Translations under genes and position numbers: made by a program
Origin: a virus
Reading direction: 5' to 3' (one strand)
Length of the DNA: 64,000 bases
IMG/VR virus record: IMGVR_UViG_3300012156_000141
The notes under the pieces: generated by a model
What the model was told of the DNA's origin: nothing
What the model saw: only the letters and a program-made list of their open reading frames with translations
Databases searched by the model: none
Shown here: in pieces, positions 51,723 through 60,508 of the stretch
Layout of the letters: every line of letters starts with the position of its first letter
Position numbering within the stretch: position 1 is the first letter of the stretch

Positions 51723-52559
51723 ATGGAAATAGTAAATAAAATTTTATTAACTATTTTAATGTTATCTATGTTGGCAACAAATACAGTTAATGCCGAAGCG
51801 AATACATTCGTTGAAGCCAGAGTCAAGGTAAATGAGTTAGTGGCAATTGAACAGTATAATAATCGAGAAAAGTATGAATTGTGGGTAGATTTAAATGGAG
51901 AGGTAATGGATAGAAAGGGAAATATCATAAATCCATCAGGAACAATAAATTTAGATGGCAAACTGGAACTGTCAGAAAGATATGTAAAAGGTGAAAAATT
52001 GTATTTCAATTCGATTTCAGATTTTGATGAATTTCTCAAATATTATGTTATGCAATATGAATTAAATTGCATTTATAAACATTTTAAATATAATATAGAA
52101 GCTGATGGCAAAATCACATCAATACTTGACAAAAATCAAAGATACCATCGAGAGGCTATAAAAGGGAAAATAATTAATAAATTCGGATTGCCTGTAGGAG
52201 AGAGCAATTATGAAAAAATCTATAATATCTGTCTTGAAATAACAAATATGGATTATAGTTTAAATTTCATTATGAAAGACTTAGATACAGCACTTAATGA
52301 TAATAGCTGTGTTTGTTGGCATTATGCCAAAATAGCAGCAATCTTGTTAAATGAATCAGGAATATATACAGAAGTAGTATTTGGATCTTTAGAGAGCAAT
52401 ATAACAGAAGGACATATGTGGATTCGTTGTCTGGTTGATGAAAAATGGATATATGCAGATCCAACACTGTGTAAATCAGCATGGCTTGGATATTCAAACA
52501 TAGATTATGCATTATATACAAAGCTTTATTCTGCTGAAAAACACTTACAGACAAATTAA
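51723..52559 (+). CDS. secreted transglutaminase-like domain protein
   Basis: Signal peptide; VCWHYA...GHMW...YADPT triad. Confidence 0.8.
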   Translation: MEIVNKILLTILMLSMLATNTVNAEANTFVEARVKVNELVAIEQYNNREKYELWVDLNGEVMDRKGNIINPSGTINLDGKLELSERYVKGEKLYFNSISDFDEFLKYYVMQYELNCIYKHFKYNIEADGKITSILDKNQRYHREAIKGKIINKFGLPVGESNYEKIYNICLEITNMDYSLNFIMKDLDTALNDNSCVCWHYAKIAAILLNESGIYTEVVFGSLESNITEGHMWIRCLVDEKWIYADPTLCKSAWLGYSNIDYALYTKLYSAEKHLQTN

Positions 52560-52567
52560 AAGGCCCT

Positions 52568-52852
52568 TCAGGACCTTTTAATTTCGAAAACAAGAGTCTC
52601 ACCATCTTCTAAAACATATGTAACCTTGCCATCTTTTTCTGATTCTTTTTTAGAGATTTTCTTACTTACATATCTGGAATCTAACGGATTGTCATTGGAA
52701 TCAACCATCTCAACACGATTGAAAGATATTACAATCTTATTTTTTTCAATTTTCACCGGGTAAACATCTAATAGGTTTTTAGCTAACCACTTTGGTTTTA
52801 AGACTATCCCTAAGAAAGATTCGGTTGGTGTCGGCCTTTGATTTGATTTCAT
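52568..52852 (-). CDS. hypothetical protein
   Basis: GGAGG RBS, CATTATA motif. Confidence 0.7.
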   Translation of the reverse strand: MKSNQRPTPTESFLGIVLKPKWLAKNLLDVYPVKIEKNKIVISFNRVEMVDSNDNPLDSRYVSKKISKKESEKDGKVTYVLEDGETLVFEIKRS

Positions 52853-52922
52853 AACTAATTATCCTCCATTCGTCAATTTGCAAATATAATGTGAGAAAGT
52901 AGCCACTAATAATGCTGATGTT

Positions 52923-53357
52923 TTAATTGGATTTTTTTTGGATTTTATAAACTTCAGGATATTGACCTGGAAAACTTCTTAGTTCAATGTCAGAATGATA
53001 CACATCATATGTTTCTCCAACGATCAGTGCCTCTGGAAGTTCTGTTTCAATACTTATGATTGCGATAAAGTCAACACCATCAGAATCGGAAAAATGAGCC
53101 CTTAGATTTCCAGAACCATCAATAGTTCCTGGCTCACTTTTTAATACACCAGAAGAAATTAAAGACTGATGTTCATAAATTGATTTTGTGCTGTCAACAA
53201 ATTCTGTCGCAGGCTCTGTATCTTCAATGTTAATACTTTCTAAAGCAGTTGTTTCAGTCATTGCCTCATTCGGATTGATTTTTTCTTGATTAGTACAACC
53301 AAAAGAAATACTAGAAATAATAAGTAACATTCCAATAAATAATAATTTTTTATGCAT
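52923..53357 (-). CDS. lipoprotein
   Basis: SFGC lipobox; AAGGAG RBS. Confidence 0.75.
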   Translation of the reverse strand: MHKKLLFIGMLLIISSISFGCTNQEKINPNEAMTETTALESINIEDTEPATEFVDSTKSIYEHQSLISSGVLKSEPGTIDGSGNLRAHFSDSDGVDFIAIISIETELPEALIVGETYDVYHSDIELRSFPGQYPEVYKIQKKSN

Positions 53358-53837
53358 AATATATCTCCTTTATTTTTTCATGAATAGTATGTCATAATGC
53401 ATTCCAATAAAAAGTGTCCATATCAAAAAACTCCATATTAATTCATGAAATAAAGATTAGAAGGAGACATTCATGAAAAAACAAATTTAAAATATAGACG
53501 CTGGAGACTTTAAAAAAAACTTGAAGAAGTTAATGAAACTGATAAAACGGTTTATGTGCCCGGAACTAAAACACCAGCAGAATATAAAGTTGCCTTTGGT
53601 GATTTAAATGATTTTGCAATTAAAAAGCAGGAAAAACCCATGTAAAACTGCTTGTTTTTAGTGAAAATATATTGAATATCTATGATGAAAGGAAAAGGAG
53701 ATTATAAGAGGGCAATAATTTATCAAAATGAAAAGGAATTTTTTGAAAAGTTCTCGAAAAAGTTTATCTTTAATCGTTCTCGTGAATTGTGTTTGAAAAA
53801 TGGAAACAAAAAACTTCCATCAATAATTAGGAATGAG

Positions 53838-53924
53838 CGCTGCAGACAGGACTCGAACCTGTATGCCGGATAGCCGACGTCTCCTTAGCAGGGAGTGGAG
53901 ATACCAATTCCTCCACACTACAGC
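53838..53924 (-). tRNA. tRNA-Ser(GCT)
   Basis: GCTGTAG/CTGCAGC acceptor, CTCC-CTGCTAA-GGAG anticodon arm, long variable arm, GGTTCGAGTCC T-arm. Confidence 0.75.
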
Positions 53925-53949
53925 CTGATTGTTTATATTGAAATTAAAG

Positions 53950-54022
53950 TACTGCCGGCAGGAGTCGAACCTACAATCGCTGGATATAAGCCAGGTGCAA
54001 CGCACCGCATCACCTCGGCAGC
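53950..54022 (-). tRNA. tRNA-Ile(TAT) with atypical D-arm
   Basis: GCTGCCG/CGGCAGT acceptor, CTGG-CTTATAT-CCAG anticodon arm, GGTTCGACTCC T-arm. Confidence 0.7.
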
Positions 54023-54039
54023 ATAAATATAATTATAAA

Positions 54040-54111
54040 AGCAGATGACGGGAGTCGAACCCGCATAACTAGATTGGAAATCTAGTGCTCTAGCCATTGA
54101 ACCACATCTGC
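54040..54111 (-). tRNA. tRNA-Gly(TCC)
   Basis: GCAGATG/CATCTGC acceptor, CTAGA-TTTCCAA-TCTAG anticodon arm. Confidence 0.9.
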
Positions 54112-54183
54112 AATGACTTTGCAAAATCCATGAAATTGCAAAGAAAATAGTATTGTTTAAAATCTATGAAATTGAACAATACA

Positions 54184-54256
54184 AGCCCTAAGTGAGACTC
54201 GAACTCACAACCTGCCGCTTACAAGGCGGCTACACTGCCAATTGTGCTATCAGGGC
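54184..54256 (-). tRNA. tRNA-Thr(TGT)
   Basis: GCCGC-CTTGTAA-GCGGC anticodon arm, canonical D and T arms. Confidence 0.9.
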
Positions 54257-54296
54257 GAAAGAAAAGGAATGGACGGATATAAATTATCACATCCAA

Positions 54297-54369
54297 CTCT
54301 CCCAACAGGATTCGAACCTGTGACCTACCGGTTAACAGCCGGTCGCTCTACCTGCTGAGCTATAGGAAA
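54297..54369 (-). tRNA. tRNA-Asn(GTT)
   Basis: TAGCTCAG..GGTAGAGC D-arm, ACCGG-CTGTTAA-CCGGT anticodon arm. Confidence 0.9.
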
Positions 54370-54466
54370 TTGAAACACATAGTTACCATTCTATACTGCC
54401 ATCTAACATGCTTTGATTGCACTTGAGGCTCAAATGTTATACAACGTATAAGGAACTATATGCTGA

Positions 54467-54539
54467 TTGCGGAGCCCAGGATTCGAACCTGGAATCTTTG
54501 GGTTATGAGCCCAATGACTTGCCGTTTGTCCAGCCCGCA
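54467..54539 (-). tRNA. tRNA-Met(CAT), initiator-like
   Basis: TTGGG-CTCATAA-CCCAA anticodon arm with three G-C pairs; irregular acceptor stem. Confidence 0.8.
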
Positions 54540-54857
54540 TAATAATCTGATTTTTACGTTGCCCTACCAACTTTACAGGCTTTTAACCTATTCGACAGGT
54601 GGAGACGATTTGCAATTTCTCCCATTTGCTGATGTTATGTAAGGTTTTTTCGATGTCAGATTCATCGCTGCACGCTCCTTATGCAGGTGTCTGATTTATA
54701 AAATCGATCAGAAAGGGATCTCCTTTGGCCAAAAGATTATAGTCACAAAAATCACTTCGTAATTATCTAAGATACTCACTATTGCTGAAAACATGACTAC
54801 TAAGTTTTTCTACTCAACACCACTTACAGGTGTATAGTCAGGAGCGACCTGACAAAG

Positions 54858-54942
54858 AGGACAGGGTGAGACTTGAACTCACAGAATCCGAAGACACCAG
54901 ATTTACAGTCTGGACCGCTAGCCAATTACGGGTTACCTATCC
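54858..54942 (-). tRNA. tRNA-Tyr(GTA)
   Basis: CCAGA-CTGTAAA-TCTGG anticodon arm, variable arm, GGATAGG/CCTGTCC acceptor. Confidence 0.88.
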
Positions 54943-55045
54943 TAAGAAGGAGGGAAGATTTACTAATCAGGCTCTTCCGGGCCTACCTTATTGCTAAGGT
55001 CAAATGTAGTTAAATCTCATTCATCTATTGATGGTAGATTGAAAG

Positions 55046-55131
55046 CGGAGAGGGTGGGATTCGAACCCACGCGCCTTTTGCAGCAAACGGTTTTCAGGAC
55101 CGCCTCGTTATGACCACTTCGATACCTCTCC
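55046..55131 (-). tRNA. tRNA-Ser(TGA)
   Basis: GGAGAGG/CCTCTCC acceptor, GCGGT-CCTGAAA-ACCGT anticodon arm (C at position 33), long variable arm. Confidence 0.85.
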
Positions 55132-55147
55132 AATTGATTACATATAT

Positions 55148-55176
55148 ATTATGGAAACATTTATTGAAAATGTAAA
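55148..55176 (-). promoter_or_regulatory. promoter of the tRNA cluster
   Basis: TTTACA-N17-CATAAT just upstream of tRNA-Ser(TGA). Confidence 0.55.
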
Positions 55177-55238
55177 CCAAATTTATAAAATAAAATAAAA
55201 AACGAGATTACCGAAGTAATCTCATTATATGAAAAAGA

Positions 55239-55352
55239 TTAAATAATACTTCGATAAGAAAAATATAAGCACTCAAAAAATGCACTAATTGAATAATTAA
55301 CATTAGTGTTTGTGTTTGTTCCCGAATGGTTTATAGATTTTGTTCCAAACAT
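55239..55352 (-). CDS. 37-aa small peptide
   Basis: CATACTA motif, GAGGT RBS, MFGTKSINHSGTNTNTNVNYSISAFFECLYFSYRSII, then GAGATTAC-TTCG-GTAATCTC terminator. Confidence 0.45.
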   Translation of the reverse strand: MFGTKSINHSGTNTNTNVNYSISAFFECLYFSYRSII

Positions 55353-55416
55353 AATTAAGTACCTCGCTTTTATATTTCTAAATATAGTATGAGAGATTTG
55401 CTTAAAAAAACGTTTT

Positions 55417-55884
55417 TTATTTAATTATTTCAAAAGAAAGTAAATCAAAGCAATTCTTAGCCTCTGTTTCATCAGCCAGACTACCAATGATAAGTGAAGT
55501 TTGATCATTTAGTTTTACAAAAAAGTTATTCTCTATAAATTTTGATTCTACTGTATAGAAAGTATAATCAAAATTATCTTTATTCCCATTTTCTATAATA
55601 TGTCCATTTTGTAACTTTACAAATTCATCAGTGAGATTTTCAGTAAAGTAATCATAACCAACCTTTGATAAGAACTGGCACGTCAAAATATCTTCACCAT
55701 CTTTTGAAATTATAAATGGATTCCCAGTACCTATAGTATATCCATCTTCAGTGTTTAAAGTAACTTTGACTCTGTCTCCGGTATCAACAGCATAAGTAAA
55801 TGATACAGTGTTGTTTAAGGTACATCCAGCTAATGAGAGAATTGTAATAATGACATATAAAAACATTGAAAATTGTTTTCGCAT
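55417..55884 (-). CDS. lipoprotein
   Basis: LAGC lipobox; AAGGAGG RBS. Confidence 0.8.
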   Translation of the reverse strand: MRKQFSMFLYVIITILSLAGCTLNNTVSFTYAVDTGDRVKVTLNTEDGYTIGTGNPFIISKDGEDILTCQFLSKVGYDYFTENLTDEFVKLQNGHIIENGNKDNFDYTFYTVESKFIENNFFVKLNDQTSLIIGSLADETEAKNCFDLLSFEIIK

Positions 55885-56286
55885 AAAAGCCTCCTTATTT
55901 GTTTCTAGTATTATGTAAGAAAAACAGAATATTTTACGTTTTCATTCCTTTTGTACTACATTTTTCTTGATATTTTTTCCAGAAATATTGCCTAAAAATA
56001 GTAAATGAAAACTTCTGGATTTTTACCACTCAATACCAAAAACCGCATAAACACTGGCATAAAGAGGAAATTCGAAAAGTTTTGTTGAATGTCAATTGCA
56101 CCTCGAAATACAGTCTTTAAAAATAACGTACATTCAATGTTTATGTGCCTTTCCGGCATTTAAGTAGGTAAATTTCTGGAAGTTCAGTGTTAATGTGCTT
56201 TTATTATCTAATAGCGTTAGTATAATTATTATTTACTTGATTTTTCATATATGGTAAAATATAAAAAACAAAAGGAGAAATAGGTT

Positions 56287-57909
56287 TTGGAAAATGAAAA
56301 TAAGCGAAAAATCAATATAAGGCATGCCGTAATTTTATCATTGGGATCAGCAGTTCAATGCATCAAAATTATTAATGAAATATATGAGAGTAACGAACTT
56401 TATTATTATGAAATGTATAAAAAATCTAGTATGAAAAACGATTTGATTAAAGAACATTATCCGGCAAATAATTTGGAAAGCATAAATAAATTAATTGGCA
56501 TTTTTGAAAACGATTATGAAAATAATTCATTTAATAATATTGATATAATTATCAAAGCATTTAATCCAAGAATTTTTAAATATCTAAAAAATAAAACGAT
56601 AGTTGATATTGATGAGTTTTTAGATAAGGAATTTTTTAATAATAAATTCAAGAATAAAGTAGGAGATGGTCTGTTCTTTGATGAAAATTTAAATGAAAAT
56701 GAAATATATAATAATTCTATTGTTTTGATTTACTTGGCTAGACGTAACGATATTGAGGTGGTAGGGACTTATGCTAACCAGACATTTTTATTTTTTGAAA
56801 AAAAAATATATTCACTTATTATAAAAAAAATATCTAAAAATCCAAGACCATTTATTCAAGAACTCATGGAAAAAATAAGGAAAGACCTTAACCTGACTAA
56901 TGAATTTATAAAAAGACAGCCAGATCTAGGAACTTTTTTGGATAATTTAATTGAATATAAGATAGAAGAAATTTTGATTACCCAACATGGTCAAAACTAT
57001 AAAAAATATGGTGTTTTACCAGAATTATATAATAAAGCAAGAGATCAGGTTTTTAAAATGGATTTTTATAGGTATATAGGTGTATTTACATTAGCTTGTT
57101 CATTACAAGATATTGATTCGGAATTATTTATGGAAACCGTACCTATTAACAATGAAGTGGTTGATAAAATTTTGTTTTCTTGTGCAAATGCTAATAAAGG
57201 AAATAAGGTGCCAGAATCAGAAATACCATTATTGTTTATTGCAGAACTTTTTGTTTATTCCTTATCATACCACTACAATGATTTGAAATATAAGTTCATC
57301 CATTCACAAAAACAAAAATATTTTGATGATGTTACTAAATTAAGGGATATGCTGACTGAAAAATATGAAAAGGTTCTTTTAGACGAAAAAAATCTTAATA
57401 AAAAGCTTGTAGAAAATGAATCAAAAGTAAAAAATATGCAAGATGAAATATTAAAACTCAAAGATGAATTGAGATATTATACTAAAAAAAATGAAAAGCA
57501 AGAGAAAATAATTGCAGAAGAAAAAGAATTATTAGATGGATATAAGCAAGAAAATGAAATTCTTTTAGACCAAATTGGAATTGCTGATATTGAATCCGAT
57601 ATACCTTATGAGGATATGATTAATGCAATTAAGGATAATAAGATTGCATTAGTTGGTGGAAACAAATCAAGTTTAGCTAAACTAAAAAAGCAATTCACCA
57701 ATTTAATTGTTATCGAAAAAAACACTGATGATATTGCTGGTATAAATGCTTGTAAAGCAATTTTCATCAACTACCAATGGCTTAAGCATAGCTTAGTGTA
57801 TAAAATATGGTCAGAAGCAAAAGTAGAGAATGTTCCAATTTTTTATTTGTCAGGGACCAATATCAAGCAAATAGTAATTCAAATATATAATTCATTAAAA
57901 AGAGGCTAA
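56287..57909 (+). CDS. coiled-coil protein with C-terminal DUF2325-like domain
   Basis: TTG start after AAGGAG; coiled coil then IALVGG...LKHSLVYKI. Confidence 0.7.
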   Translation: MENENKRKINIRHAVILSLGSAVQCIKIINEIYESNELYYYEMYKKSSMKNDLIKEHYPANNLESINKLIGIFENDYENNSFNNIDIIIKAFNPRIFKYLKNKTIVDIDEFLDKEFFNNKFKNKVGDGLFFDENLNENEIYNNSIVLIYLARRNDIEVVGTYANQTFLFFEKKIYSLIIKKISKNPRPFIQELMEKIRKDLNLTNEFIKRQPDLGTFLDNLIEYKIEEILITQHGQNYKKYGVLPELYNKARDQVFKMDFYRYIGVFTLACSLQDIDSELFMETVPINNEVVDKILFSCANANKGNKVPESEIPLLFIAELFVYSLSYHYNDLKYKFIHSQKQKYFDDVTKLRDMLTEKYEKVLLDEKNLNKKLVENESKVKNMQDEILKLKDELRYYTKKNEKQEKIIAEEKELLDGYKQENEILLDQIGIADIESDIPYEDMINAIKDNKIALVGGNKSSLAKLKKQFTNLIVIEKNTDDIAGINACKAIFINYQWLKHSLVYKIWSEAKVENVPIFYLSGTNIKQIVIQIYNSLKRG

Positions 57910-57978
57910 AACCTCTTTTTGTTTTTGCCATTCAACAAACATATTAAATGTATGACTTGAAAAAAGGAGTTATTTAAT

Positions 57979-58902
57979 ATGAAAAAAACAGGATTAAGTA
58001 AATTAATACATATGGCCTTTAAGAAAGAAGAGACTTTCACTTTAAATGACGCTTATCAGGCATTTGAAGATACAGCTGAACCAACAATAAGAGCTAGAAT
58101 TTACGAAAAACTCGGAATTCAATTTACTAGAGTAGCAAAAGGATTATATACTACAATAGATGAAGAAAATGCCTGTGTATTAATGGAAGGTGATGGTCGT
58201 GATTTATCTATGCTTGAAGATGAATCAATTGATTGTATTATTACAGATCACCCATGGGAAGACAAAAAAGCACATACCGGCGGAGCGCGGCATTTTGCAA
58301 CCTACAGTTGTTTTAAATATACTCAGGAAGACTTTATGGAAAAAGCCAGAGTGTTAAAGGATGGTGCGTTTTTAGTGGAAATGATACCAGCAGAAAACGA
58401 AAGCAATTATGAATACTTATATGAATTAAAGCAGATGGCAAAAGCTAATGGTTTTTTGTATTATGCTAAGGTTTCATGGAAGAAAGGTAGATTTGTGAGT
58501 AATACTGGTAGAAAAGCCAAGAATACACAAGACCTTATGATATTCAGTAAAGGAAAGGCCCGCGCATTGAGACTTGATGTAAAAAAGACCGCCGCAACAG
58601 GAGTTAAAACATATATGAGCGGAACAAATGGAATGTTACCAACAATGTTTGATGTCCAGCCCGTTAGTAAAAAAGAACGAATTCACAAGAGTGAGACACC
58701 AGTGGCTTTATGGGAACAATTAATTGACTTTGTGACAAAAAAAGGTGAGATTATACTTGATCAGTTTGCCGGAAGCGGATCATTAGGAGAAGCAGCTTTA
58801 AAAACAAGTAGAAGTTGCATTTTGAAGGAAATCTCACATGATAATATTGAAAAGATAAAAGAACGTCTTAGCAGAAAGTTCAATGTGGTATGCATTGAAT
58901 AA
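57979..58902 (+). CDS. N4-cytosine/N6-adenine DNA methyltransferase (beta class) with N-terminal helical extension
   Basis: IITDHPW (motif IV variant) precedes ILDQFAGSGS (motif I). Confidence 0.85.
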   Translation: MKKTGLSKLIHMAFKKEETFTLNDAYQAFEDTAEPTIRARIYEKLGIQFTRVAKGLYTTIDEENACVLMEGDGRDLSMLEDESIDCIITDHPWEDKKAHTGGARHFATYSCFKYTQEDFMEKARVLKDGAFLVEMIPAENESNYEYLYELKQMAKANGFLYYAKVSWKKGRFVSNTGRKAKNTQDLMIFSKGKARALRLDVKKTAATGVKTYMSGTNGMLPTMFDVQPVSKKERIHKSETPVALWEQLIDFVTKKGEIILDQFAGSGSLGEAALKTSRSCILKEISHDNIEKIKERLSRKFNVVCIE

Positions 58903-58914
58903 AAAGGAGAAAAA

Positions 58915-59469
58915 ATGAAAATTTTAAAAGCTATTGAAAAAATCAGTGATGGATGGATTAAAAAATACAAGTTTTCTTATCTTGTTGATGGAAATCCATA
59001 CAATTACGAAGTCGTATCCAGAAACGAGATCAAAGACAAAGATTCCCTGCCAGACACTGTAAATGCTGTTACGATTATCCCATTCACTGAAAGTGGTGAT
59101 TTGATTATCACGAAAGAATTTAGATATCCAGTAAATGATTATGTTTGGGAATTTCCAGCGGGACTAATTGATCGCGATGAAACGGAAACGGAAGCAGCCA
59201 TACGAGAACTAAAAGAAGAAACCGGATTGGATGTAATAGAAATACTTCAAGTAATTCCCGGAGGGTATTCCAGTATAGGAATGACTGATGAAAAAGTTTC
59301 AGTTGTTATTTGTAAAGTGTCTGGCGAAGTTAAAGGAGCTTCCGGATTAGAAGAAATCCATGTGTTCAAAAAAAGCATTGAAGAAGTAAATTCCTTGATT
59401 CTAAACCGGAAAATGAAGGTAAGTGGCCGGATGCAATTGTTTCTAGCAGGATTAAATTTTAGAAAGTAG
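58915..59469 (+). CDS. Nudix hydrolase (ADP-ribose pyrophosphatase-like)
   Basis: EFRYP...EFPAGLIDRDETETEAAIRELKEETG...YSSIGMTDE. Confidence 0.9.
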   Translation: MKILKAIEKISDGWIKKYKFSYLVDGNPYNYEVVSRNEIKDKDSLPDTVNAVTIIPFTESGDLIITKEFRYPVNDYVWEFPAGLIDRDETETEAAIRELKEETGLDVIEILQVIPGGYSSIGMTDEKVSVVICKVSGEVKGASGLEEIHVFKKSIEEVNSLILNRKMKVSGRMQLFLAGLNFRK

Positions 59470-59480
59470 AGAGAACTTTT

Positions 59481-59855
59481 ATGAGTAGAAAAGATAATAA
59501 ACGCATGCTTCATGTGTTTGATGGCTCTATAACAGATTATGAAAAGAGGTTTTTGATTGATAACATGGCCATTATTGTTGACTATGATACAGGTACCATA
59601 CTGAAATATGGAGATATTGAAACCTCTGAAATCAAGAAAGAATATGAAGAAAAATACGCCTTAATGAATGAAATGGGATTTGACATTCAATTAATCACAT
59701 TTGACCGCTACAATAGATTTTTAACGATTGATGAAATATGCACAATTGTTAATTATGGAATGAATTCACATACCACATCGTTTTTGGAATTATTCCAAAT
59801 AGATAAGGAACAACTAAAGGATAGATTAAAACAGCTATCCCAATATGGTTATTAG
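59481..59855 (+). CDS. hypothetical protein
   Basis: 124 aa in operon. Confidence 0.7.
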   Translation: MSRKDNKRMLHVFDGSITDYEKRFLIDNMAIIVDYDTGTILKYGDIETSEIKKEYEEKYALMNEMGFDIQLITFDRYNRFLTIDEICTIVNYGMNSHTTSFLELFQIDKEQLKDRLKQLSQYGY

Positions 59856-59867
59856 GAAGGAGTTTGT

Positions 59868-60500
59868 ATGAATGATATAATTGTATTGTCCAAACGAGAT
59901 ACTCATCCAGAAGGATATATCTCAATTGACACAACTTCAAGAAATACGAATGAAAAATTAAAAAAAGGACTATCTCCATTTTATTTAGGCCCAGTTCAAT
60001 GTTATGATGATTTAATTGCAAGAAACGTAGAAAATGCCTGGCAGTATTCTAAGTTGTATGAAATTCACCTGGATGAAACCGGTTACCCTAATCAAGACTA
60101 TTTTAAATGGAGAGATACTGGTTTTAATAAAACTTTTGCTGATCGTTATCCTATGGGCAAGGGAAAAATTCCAAAATATACTTTTTGGAAAAATGATTCA
60201 GGAAACCAGTATCTAGGATATATTGAAGCGAGAAAACAAATATATATTCCTCTATACGCTAAGGCTGTTGTAAAAACACCCGCCTATGCATATTTGGAAT
60301 CCCTAAGGGATAATAATGAAGACATAGCACTTGTTGATTTTGATGGTTATAATTACTTGGCCATGGGATTGACCTTAAAAGATGTCATCAACAGTGAAAA
60401 TAAAAAAATGGGTCATGCTTTTGTATTAGCTATGCTATTACAAGGTGAATTAAAAGTAGAAAACAATAAATTAATTGATGTGAACCATCTTTTAGAATAG
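59868..60500 (+). CDS. conserved hypothetical protein, possibly NADAR-like
   Basis: LSPFY...NVENAWQYSK...YIEARKQIYIPLY...GHAFVL resembles the NADAR FSNF...VEHxxQxxK layout; the family call is an inference. Confidence 0.55.
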   Translation: MNDIIVLSKRDTHPEGYISIDTTSRNTNEKLKKGLSPFYLGPVQCYDDLIARNVENAWQYSKLYEIHLDETGYPNQDYFKWRDTGFNKTFADRYPMGKGKIPKYTFWKNDSGNQYLGYIEARKQIYIPLYAKAVVKTPAYAYLESLRDNNEDIALVDFDGYNYLAMGLTLKDVINSENKKMGHAFVLAMLLQGELKVENNKLIDVNHLLE

Positions 60501-60508
60501 GAGGGCAT

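Noticed and set aside
53432-53645. Small gene after a CATATTA box and AAGGAG RBS
   Set aside because: Stops after five codons with protein-like sequence continuing in another frame; a probable frameshifted remnant that cannot be assigned.
53838-53924. Reading the tRNA loop CTGCTAAG as a CUA amber suppressor
   Set aside because: The 7-nt loop register with U33 gives anticodon GCT, and the long variable arm and G discriminator fit Ser.
53682-54642. ORFs 53682, 53820, 53933 and 54460
   Set aside because: They overlap tRNA genes and have no supporting protein motifs.
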